Part shown: positions 53,682 through 64,000 of the stretch, piece by piece | How the letters are laid out: every line of letters begins with the position of its first letter | Numbering within the stretch: position 1 is the stretch's first letter | DNA from: Octopus sinensis | Taxonomy: Eukaryota | NCBI RefSeq assembly: GCF_006345805.1 | Contig: NC_043015.1 | Coordinates: forward strand, 43,338,001-43,402,000 | Direction of reading: 5' to 3' | Length of the DNA: 64,000 nt | Notes under the pieces: generated by a model | Databases searched by the model: none | Seen by the model: only the letters and a program-made list of their open reading frames with translations | Told to the model about the DNA's origin: nothing | Translations under genes and position numbers: made by a program

Positions 53682-54520
53682 CGTGGGGTGGTATCAAAAA
53701 GTTCCTGGATTGGTTATATTTAATAAAACAATAACTTATTTGCCTAAGTTTTAATATAATCACCTTCGAAATAGTCACCTTGCGCAGCTACACACCGGTC
53801 TTATTTGGAATCCGGCCTGGCAGTCGTTTTCTATAAGAGAGTCGAGAACCTTCAGTGATTCGCTCTGGATCTTCACAACGTTGTTAAAACGGCGACCTTC
53901 GAACTAGATTTTCATCTTGGAGAAGAAACGTCGGTAGTTGCTAAATCTGACGAATAGGGCAGGTACGGAAGCGATGCCATATTGTTTTTGGTGAGAAACT
54001 CCCGAGTGAGGAGAGCTCGGCGACAGGGTGCATTGTCATTGCAAAGAATCCAATACTTCGTGTTCCACAGATCCGGGCTCTTTCGCCGAGTGTTCTCTCT
54101 CACACGCTTCAAAACTCATTGAAGCTTCTCCGACTTTCCAGATCACTCATCGTCTTCCAGGTACATTCGTCCGACTTTGAAGCGTCAGTGCAGCTCAAAA
54201 CATTACATACAACCCTTCGCCTCGTCACCGTAAGCTTGCCGAAACATGCTCAATGTCTCTGTAGCAGACTTCCCAATTTAAACGCAAAATTTCGCGTTGG
54301 GCCTTTGTTCGAACTTCCTGTTCGTGACAAAAATCGAAGACTACAACATACACGTGATCCTCAAAACACAAGTTTCACAATTTGCAAAGTAAACACAGCG
54401 AAGTCACTCAGCACTCTACGTCATAAATGTCACTGCTAGCTCTCACCGCACAAACAACCGTATGCTGCCATCTGTTGGCGCGCTACAGAACTAGCACGAG
54501 AACTTTTTGAGGACACCTCG
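53682..54520 (-). mobile_element. Internally deleted mariner element (transposase pseudogene)
   Basis: Imperfect TIRs (TA-CGTGGGGTGGTATCAAAAAGTTC / GAACTTTTTGAGGACACCTCG-TA) with TA flanks. Minus-strand peptide ILCNDNAPCRRALLTREFLTKNNMASLPYLPYSSDLATTD corresponds to the mariner HHDNAP...HPPYSPDLAP motifs. Confidence 0.85.
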
Positions 54521-54566
54521 TAGGTTGCGAGTGAATAATCTGTATGGCTGTATGTTTGTGTTTGTT

Positions 54567-54614
<48 letters not shown>

Positions 54615-54834
54615 TGTGTGTGTGTTACTTGTTGTGACTATGAGAACCTTAGTTCATATGTATAAAAATTAGTTATGCTTTTGGCGTACAGAAACAAGTG
54701 GAATTTATTACAATTCTCGATATTTCGGTTGGAGTTGGTTTCAGCAACAAATGTTTTGATGGACGAGTCTGATTGGAAAATGTTGAACCAAAAGATGTAC
54801 GCAAACATAAAATTGTCAGGTTAAATGTGGAAAC

Positions 54835-55140
54835 ACTCCGTCGGTTACGACGACGAGGGTTCCGGTTGATCCGAATCAATGGAACAGCCTGCTCGTGATA
54901 TTAACGTGTAAGTGGCTGAGCACTCCACAGATACGTGTACCCTTAACGTAGTTCTCGGGGATATTCAGCGTGACACAGAGAGTGACAAGGCCGGCCCTTT
55001 GAAATACAGGTACAACAGCAACAGGAAGTAAGAGTGAGAGAAAGTTGTGGTGAAAGAGTACAGCAGGGATCACCACCATCCCCTGCCGGAGCCTCGTGGA
55101 GCTTTTAGGTGTTTTCGCTCAATAAACACTCACACCGCCC
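54835..55140 (-). mobile_element. S3 SINE, 5'-truncated, with a 13-bp target-site duplication
   Basis: TGTCAGGTTAAAT is present at both flanks (about 54814 and 55143). Confidence 0.8.
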
Positions 55141-55351
55141 GTGTCAGGTTAAATACGATGATGATAAGGAGGACACCGCTTCCATTACCGAATTTCTCAA
55201 ACACTTGAGATGACGTTGCTTGAAGTATGAAAGTAAATCTTCTGCAATATTTTCTGTAGACACGGAGGCCATAGAATGTTGGCAGAAAGAGAAATAACGG
55301 TCAGATCGGTTGCCCTTTTGTGGGCTGGGGGTCATAATGTTACAGTTGAGG

Positions 55352-55384
<33 letters not shown>

Positions 55385-55466
55385 AAGTGAGAGCGAGAGT
55401 GAAAGAAAGAGAGTGGGAAAGACATGGATGGAAGAAAAATAGTGATTAAGACAGATGCAAAAAAAG

Positions 55467-55557
<91 letters not shown>

Positions 55558-55759
55558 CATACAGAGTGAGAGATAATAGGGGAGACACAGAAAGAGGGGT
55601 TAGAGAAGGATTGAGGCAAATAGAGAAAGAGAGAGTGAGAGAGAAAGGAAGAAAGAAAATATGAGATATAAAGAGATTCGTTGACATGATGCCGGTAGGA
55701 ATACATAAAGTTAGATAGAACGATAGAGAGAAATGTATAGACAAAAATAAGTATATAAG

Positions 55760-56172
55760 GTGGCGAGCTGGCAGAAACATTAGCACGCCAGGCGAAATGC
55801 TTAGAGGTATTTCGTCTGCCGCTACGTTCTGAGTTCAAGTTCCGCCGAGGTCGACTTTGCCTTTCATCCTTTCGAGGTCTATTAAATAAGTACCAGTTAG
55901 GCACTGGGGTCGATATAATCGACTTAATCCGTTTGTCTGTCCTTGTTTGTCATCTCTGTGTTTAGCCCCTTGTGGGTAGTAAAGAAATAGGAATTACGTC
56001 TGCCGTTACGTTCTGAGTTCAAATTCCGCCGAGGTCGACTTTGCCTTTCATCCTTTCGGGGTCTATTAAATAAGTACCAGTTACGTACTGGGGTCGATAT
56101 GATCGACTTAATCCGTTTGTCTGTCCTTGTTTGTCCCCACTATGTTTAGCCCCTTGTAGGCAATAAAGAAAT
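55760..56172 (+). mobile_element. S1 SINE dimer
   Basis: One head and two bodies. Confidence 0.85.
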
Positions 56173-58323
56173 AAAGCATGAGTATATATGTATAGAAATA
56201 TTAATATTTCTGAATCTTTCTAAAGGAGACTACGGCAGCGGTACTGGATATTAATGGTTGTGGCCAAGCTAACATGGCAGTCTAGAAAAATAGGACGGGT
56301 GCTGCCGTTGATTAGCTCCAAGAGGCCATTGCCTCTAGCTAGTGCCCTATGTTTCAATGTTATCAAAAGAATGAATGAAAAGATTTAACAAAGTTTACCA
56401 AAATGAAATTAGAACCAAGGATATGAACTGAATGAATTACGACAAAGCAATTTGCCCGATGTTATAACGATTAAAAAAAAAAATTAGCCACCGTGCTAAC
56501 AATTTTAAGAGGAGGTCTTTGTCTATACTATCTATCTCTGTAGATGACTGGTACTATATTTTTAGTTACCCGGAGGAAAGCTGATTTTGGTGGGATTCGA
56601 TCTTAGAGCGTAAAATAAAGAAAAAAAAAACTCGTTAGATTAATTGAAAAAAAACAACACTTTTTTAGCCAATGCTCTAAAGCTTCTGGTAATCCACGAC
56701 CTTCGAAATAACTCTCAGCAGTTGTTTCTAATTTAAGTACGAGGCCAAGGATTTAGACCACGGCAGGATTTGAACTGAAAAGCTGGAAGACCCTTTGCAA
56801 AGCAATTTGTGCGACGATCAATCTAACATTTCTCGAAAGTGCTTCTAATATTTGTTTTCAAATTAAGGTGCAAGCTGGCAGAATATTTAACACGGCGGAC
56901 TAAATACTTGGCGGCATTTCGTTTGTCTTCATGTTCTGAGTTCAAATTCCGCTGAGGTCGACCTAGCCTTTTATCCTTTCGGGATATAAGCCAAGATGGC
57001 GAGCTGACAGAACTGTGAGCACGCCGGAAAAAATGCTTAGCTGCATTTCTTCCGGCTGTTAGTTTTCTGAGTTCAAATTCCGCCGAAGTCGACCTTTTTT
57101 TTCATCATATAGAGCTTGATAAAATAAATATTAATTGAGTACTGGAGGTGGAGGGTTGACGCGGTTGACTAATCTTCACTCCCAAAATTTAAGGCTATAT
57201 ATCTATAGGAGAAAGAATTTATACTGAAGGTCTGGAATTTTCATCTCTGTTGGAATGTAAAAGAAGCTGGAAGGCTCTTTGCTAAGAATTTTATGCAGCA
57301 CACCAACCATTCTCGCAAACAACCAGCTTCAACATCAGAAAATATATTCTTTCAACGCAATAACGTAGGAAGACAAAAAAGACAAAGAAAAAAAAAGGAG
57401 GATAAAAATTCTTACATCTTCACACTTGGTAATTTAGATTTTGGCAACATCAACCGTTTTTGTTTTTAGAAAATCTTTTTTTCCAAACAATAAATTCAAT
57501 TATTTTTCGACTTCATAATTTGAGGACATTTTTTTTTCGGTCAATATTCGTGAAATTGCAAATAAGTAAATAAACAGATAAATAAATACGACAATAAAAT
57601 GAAATAGAAACAAAAAAATAAAACTGATATTTTCCTACAATCATTTCAGGTGAGTGGTAAAAAGAAACTATTTATTGGAGCATAAATTAGATAAATATAC
57701 TGTGAAGATTGACAGTAATTTCAACATGGCCTACAATGGGCTTTAACGCATTTACACCGCTTACGTGTGCGTGCATGTTTGCATGTGTCAGTGTTTGTGT
57801 GCAAATGCGTGTAAGAGTATGTATGTGTGTGTATGTACGTGTGTTGTATGAGTGTATATATATATGTGCTTGTGTGTGCAAATGCGTGTAAGTGTATGTA
57901 TGTGTGTGTATGTGCGTGTGTTGTATGAGTGTATATATATATATATATGTGTGTTTGTGTGTGTGTAGCTTCTTTTTCGGTTAAGTTTTGCTTGTTTTTC
58001 AATTGCAAATAACAGAAATGGATTTTAATGTTTTGCAGAAGAGTTTTATTAGGTTCTTTATTGCTAAAGAAATGTCTTTTGGATAATCCAAAAAATTAAA
58101 CAAAAAAGACAAAGAAAAAGAAAAAGAAAAAAAGAAAGCATTCAAGTGAATATTTAAAACCAATTTTCCAAATAAGTGGGAGAAGACAGAAAACAAAATA
58201 TTAAAAAACAAATAACATCAACAAGAACGACAACAACATCAATAATAATAATGATAATAATAATAATAATAATAAATAGTAATAATAATAATAATAATAA
58301 ATAATAATAATAATATAATAGTG

Positions 58324-58371
<48 letters not shown>

Positions 58372-58425
58372 TAATAATAATAAATAATAATAATAATAAT
58401 ATAATAATAATAATAATAATAATAA

Positions 58426-58468
<43 letters not shown>

Positions 58469-59188
58469 GTGATAAAAACTCAAGTGGAATAATGAAGAGT
58501 TTGATATATTTCGTCATGAAAACTACAAGAATCTTCTCACACAAATTGAATAATTATTTCAAGCTTGGAATGGTAGTTTAATTGCAAGATTAAAGAAATC
58601 AGAAGTAGAACAAACATGATACTAATGCGGTTATAATGGCTTACGTAAAAAGAAACACACAGAAGCCATTTTACATAATCACAAATTCTTACGTGTTTCT
58701 CTTTGAACATGGTGAGCGTATATGTACATAGTATATATCTACATAGTATACGTATATGAGTGGTACTTGATTTAACTGTGGAAGTCATGCTTCTGCGGTT
58801 AGGATGTTCGTTTTGCAGTCCAGCTGCTAGTCAACTCAGTTCAACTTGAATGGGCTGGAGTATTTCTATTTTGGATGTATTTGGGGTACTTAATTGTGCT
58901 CATGACTTAGTGTTTTGCTTCTTCCATGGGTATGAGTAAGTATCTCATTTATTTCTTTGCCACATGTATCACTGACGAAGGGAGGGTTCTTACGAACTAA
59001 CCTTGAAATCGGTCCGATATGGTAATAATGGATTTTTTAAGAAATTTCTGTCGGCTTTTTTTCGAGTAGCGTGCCTATTGTGAAAAATTATATGGTTATG
59101 GACAATGTCCAATTTTCGGCATTTTGGCATTAGAAATTTTTTCGTTTACCCTTCTATATAAGTTGTATATATATATATATATAAGTTG

Positions 59189-59232
<44 letters not shown>

Positions 59233-59781
59233 AGGGACACGGAAATTTGATCCTCACCAGGCCATTCTCGATAACCTCAAAGCCAGGAACTTCATAGCGC
59301 CCGTCTCGCGTGTGTTTATATATATATATATATATTATATATATATATATATAGACACGCACAATAGCTTGAAGACTATGGCGAACAATCGGAGGATCTG
59401 TATCATCAGGTAATGGTTGGGCGTCAACTAGCTGGTAATAAGCTGCTACTGTTGGGCTGCTACAGTTGACCACGCACGTTCCCATTTGTAAACCACTTGG
59501 CATTTGTTGTGGAGACACAGAGAGTTAGTCTTGTGATTGTTGTCGGCGAAAGGAAGGCGCCAACTACCATACCATCCAAAGAACATTCACTATACCCTCC
59601 GACGAGCCAATGACGATACACACAAAACACACACACATATATGTATGCTTGTGTTTAATATATAATATATATATATAATATATATATATATAATATATAT
59701 ATATATAGATACATATATATATATACGTATTTATATATATATAAATGTATATATATGTATATATGATGTATATATGTATGT

Positions 59782-59881
59782 NNNNNNNNNNNNNNNNNNN
59801 NNNNNNNNNNNNNNNNNNNNNNNNNNNNNNNNNNNNNNNNNNNNNNNNNNNNNNNNNNNNNNNNNNNNNNNNNNNNNNNNN
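59782..59881. other. Assembly gap (100 N)
   Basis: A run of exactly 100 N; true gap size unknown. Confidence 1.
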
Positions 59882-60139
59882 TTGGAACGTGATAAATTGT
59901 TATTAAAGGAGAAACGCGAAAAGATTGTCTACAAGAGATTAAAATAGAGACAAATAAAACGAGATTGAAAGTGTGATAGTTCACTTTATTAGGAACTGAA
60001 CGGAGTGTTGTTTGACGTTTAGCTAAACATCACCAGCAATCACAGGTAACCCTTTTGTAACAGTTCTTTAAAGTAGGTTTCCTGTTTTAAAGTGATCAAA
60101 AATTTCATGTTATATTTGAAAAGAGCAACTCGATACTCT

Positions 60140-60422
60140 CTTTACTCTCTCTCTCTCTCTCTCTCTCTTTTTACTCTTTTACTTGTTTCAGTCATTTGAC
60201 TGCGGTCATGCTGGAGCACCACGTTTAGTCGAGCAAATCGACCCCGGGACTTATTTTTTTGTAAGCCTAGTACTTATTCTATCGGTCTGTTTTGCCGAAC
60301 CGCTAAGTTACGGGGACGTAAACACACCACCATCGATTGTCAAGCGATGTTGGGGGAACAAACACAGGCACACAAATATATATACATGCATACATATATA
60401 TATATATTTCACTCCTGCGCCT
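60140..60422 (-). mobile_element. S2 SINE with the central part deleted
   Basis: The S2 tail half is joined directly to the first 13 nt of the head (CACTCCTGCGCC on the plus strand). Confidence 0.75.
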
Positions 60423-62039
60423 TATGAAACTTATTTTATTAATTTCTGTGTCGTTTTGTGGAAGATAATCTGTTATATACTTATATGTATATAAGTATCC
60501 GTGCTCAGCACCAACGTTGGTCTTTCTTTATTTCGATAATGGACGTAATTTTATGATATATAAAACCATAGGTGTGTTGACCTGAGAAATAAAACGCTAT
60601 TCTCTATGCAAAGCGCTCAGTATGGTTTCTCATTGCAGCCTCCAGCGTATGAGTTCAAAACTGCTGGTAAAACGATAGCCTCGCATTATATTGGGGTAAA
60701 GAGAAAATACAATTATTCGACCTATTTCTATGTTGAGACACTGAAGGTTTGGAAACGCCGAATATGCATATAGTAATTCTATTGTTCCAAATTCGCCAGA
60801 AAAAAAGTAATCTTATATTACGAAAAAATTTTAAAATAAAACATAAAACCTGGTGTTTTTAATGAAAAACACACACATACACACAAGCATATATGTACAT
60901 ACGTCTAAGTCTGTACGTGTTCATAAATACAAGGAAGTAAAATTCGCAAACTGTTCTGTCATTGGTCGTTCCTTATTTGTTACGGTTGCAAAGGACAGAA
61001 TCTTCTTGACAGACGGTAATGTCATTATTTTGTCTTTCATTAGTGAAGCAAATTTCAGATTGATAGATTATAGTAAACAGTAAAAGTCTCTGTGTATTGA
61101 TTTAACTGAAATTTAACTGGATTCATTTGGCTTATTCGTTTACTTTATATATGAGTCTTTAATATTCGTAGTCAACTATAAAGTCATCAATATTCGTATA
61201 CAGCTATTTTGATGTATTCGAATCTCATCAGTAGGAGACAATCTAGGTTTCGTATTTTTATACTACATTGTTTCACAATGGCAGGAGAAGGAATGGGGAG
61301 AATGAGAAAGTGAGAGAGAGAGATGGGGATAGTGAGGGAAAAAGGAATTATTTTGCAAACACAAACGCGGGAAAGTGTATGATGAGATTTACGATAGCGA
61401 TGGTAAAGTATGTAGAGGTGCACATGGCGAAATAGAAGAGGCGTGAGAGCAGTAAATACACATAACCGAGCAAAAACGAAAAACGAAGATTTAAGGACGA
61501 TGAGGGACGAGTGAAATGGAATGTCTTACGGCAAGATATTATACAACAGGCATATAACAACAGAAGCAAATATATTTAACGCGAGTGTAGGCTATGATAT
61601 AGTAAAGCTATTCATCGGTCACCATTTAAACCCTCGATACTGTTTCGAATATTTGTCATTGGACCACAATGTGTTTAAGGGTATTTGATAGGTGTAACTG
61701 GAAGCTAACGAGATAAATGCAACAGAAAAAGGCGATAAAAATGAAAAGAGAGACGGAGCGCAAAAAGAAAAGGAGTGAACAATCATCTTTCGACTACAAA
61801 CGGCACAAACTAAAAATGTGCTGGATGTTAACGTAAGTAAAAAAAATATACGGAAAAGTGTTTTGATGAGCAGAAATCGAAGAAATCAATAGATCAGTAC
61901 TAGAAATAAAAAGTAAAGAAAAAAGAGAGAAGAATTAAGTAAAGATAGAATCGAACTGCTTCCTGGTTCCTTGGAGGTAAAGTACAGCACGCTCTTGCGA
62001 AGTTTAGACATATATATGTACAACAGTCAAACACACAAA

Positions 62040-62262
62040 TGCATATATGTAGTAAATCCAAACATGAAAACATAAAGAGAAAACACAACAACGCGAGGAC
62101 GTGGAATAAGTATAGTGTTATTGGTCGCTCAGGAAAGGAAAGAAAGAAAGGAGGATTTAACGTTTCGAGCGGAGCTCTTCGTCAGAAACATAGAAAAAGG
62201 AAATGTCCAAGGAAGGGAAGACGGAGAAAGAAAATTGCCAACGATACACACGCGGTCACATA
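62040..62262 (-). mobile_element. Short PLE-like (pLTR) repeat containing the 62155 hammerhead motif
   Basis: Its 3' part (GTCCTCGCGTTG...TTTTC...TTTGGATT) recurs at about 40151-40196 next to (TA)n. It shares TTCCTGAGCG downstream of the ribozyme with the 10.5 kb family. Confidence 0.5.
62155..62189 (-). ncRNA. Minimal type I hammerhead ribozyme motif (intact core)
   Basis: Minus strand GUUU CUGACGA A GAGC-UCC-GCUC GAAA CG UU AAAU: stem I 4 bp, stem II 4 bp, ACGU palindrome, GUU triplet. Confidence 0.75.
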
Positions 62263-63028
62263 TTGAATGACCGGAAGGGAATGGGTGAAGAAAAAGTTCT
62301 TTCAAAGACAGGAGAGTGCAAGAGAAGGAGGTTGATACACAGAAATATAACCAGTACTCCGTCGGTTACAACAACAATTGCTCTAGTAAATCCAATAAAC
62401 GGAACAGCCAGCTCGTAATATTAACTTGCAAGTGGCTGAGGACACCACAGACAGGCGTATCTTAACGTGGTTCTCAAGGAAATTCAGTGTGACACAGAAT
62501 GAAAAAAGGATGGCTTTTTGAAACATAGGAGCTACTCATTTTTCCTGCTTGTTGAAGTGAGAGAGAGCATGTGTGTGTGTGTGTGTGTATGCGTGTGCGT
62601 GTATGTGTGTGTGTGTGTTTTTATGTCTGAATACACAAACACACACACACACACACATACACATACACGCACACACATACACACACACACATTCCCTCCC
62701 TCACTTTCTCCCAATTCATCACCCTCTTGTACTATCTCATATCCCTCGCCACCACTACACACTCAACACTATAAAAATGGTCAAAGTTTTCCACAAGAAC
62801 TTAGTTCAATTTGAAAACTCCCCTAGAATGGACGAAAGCAGCTATTATATGATAAATGATATATGATGTATAAAAACATGCAATATACAAATAAATATCT
62901 GTAAATATAAAACCATCCGAATTTCTGAGTACATATATAATATATATAATATATAATATATATATATATTATTATATACTATATATTTAATATATATATA
63001 TATAGTATATATATAATATATATATATA

Positions 63029-63082
<54 letters not shown>

Positions 63083-63680
63083 GTGCTGTGTGTGTTGTGT
63101 GTGTGTGTGTAATGTATGTGTTGGAGGATTTTCGAAATCCAATGATACCCTGCACACCTATTTGATTATGAAGATTTACAAACATACTTTGTCAGTGAAA
63201 CTCAATATACCTACCATTATAGATAATACCAAATGTTCCTTTTCGGACTTTTCATAATGTGATACAAGTCTTTGGTATAGCAATTGCATGCGGCTGAAGA
63301 GAGCTTTAAATCCATCTGTTATGTCGATTATACATTGATGTAAGAATAAGTTGTTTTATAAAGCTTGAAACACGTGTTCCGCGACATCCTTTGTGTTCTC
63401 TTTTTTATTTCATTTGATATATATATATATATATATATAATGCATATATATACATAAATACATTTATGCACCTACATATATACACACTCATATACGAATT
63501 CACACACTCCTATATGTGTGTATATGAATATATTTTCAGGTATTTTCTAAATAAAGTAACACATACAACAATAACAGCAAATCTGAAAAGAAAATCGAGA
63601 GAAAGAAAACAAAATGGAGTAATAACACTCCGATTCCAACTACTACTACTACTATACTACTACTACTACTACTACTACTA

Positions 63681-63712
<32 letters not shown>

Positions 63713-64000
63713 TTACTACTACTAATACTGCTGCAGCCGTTACTACTACTACTAACTACTACTACTACTACTACTAACTACTACTACTGCTGCTACTGCT
63801 ACTACTACTACTACTACTACTACTACTGCTGCTGCTACTACTACTACAACGCTCAATGTTATTCGCTCATTAATTGTGTAAGTGAATGATGAGGTCCAAT
63901 CAGGTATTGCTGCCGCAGCAACAACTTTCTGCTGTTTCTCATCAAAGACGCACGTAAATTCGCGGCACACACATGCATGCACATACACACACACACACAC

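Noticed and set aside
54676-55270. Reading frame restored by removing the S3 SINE (…GNGSGVLLIIIVFNLTILCLRTSFG…)
   Set aside because: No start codon or homology recognised; an open stretch of this length is expected by chance.
59370-59518. ORF MSPQQMPSGLQMGTCVVNCSSPT... as a possible GPCR N-terminus
   Set aside because: No TM1, no convincing donor site, and it runs into (TA)n.

Overview
AT-rich, microsatellite-saturated animal genomic DNA. It is most likely a coleoid cephalopod (Octopus-like); this is inferred from the repeat landscape, not checked against a database. Only one host coding exon is well supported: a 122-nt minus-strand internal exon (8643-8764) of a class A peptide-type GPCR covering ECL1-TM3 up to the E-R-Y motif. 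No neighbouring exons were found, so most of the window is probably very long intron or flank. The rest is simple repeats, several tRNA-derived SINE families, 3' fragments of LINEs (R4/Dong-like, RTE-like), Tc1/mariner, pogo and Helitron relics, large inverted duplications and one 100-N gap. The most interesting signal is a set of minimal type I hammerhead-ribozyme motifs (stem I-CUGANGA-stem II-GAAA-palindromic stem III-UH-stem I) belonging to at least five different repeat families, several in head-to-head inverted pairs. At 13.6-14.9 kb one family is joined directly to the 3' end of a Penelope-like GIY-YIG ORF through a tRNA-like (A-box/B-box) segment. This suggests a Penelope-mobilised tRNA-head plus hammerhead retroelement system. 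Almost all ORFs in the supplied track are microsatellite translation artefacts.
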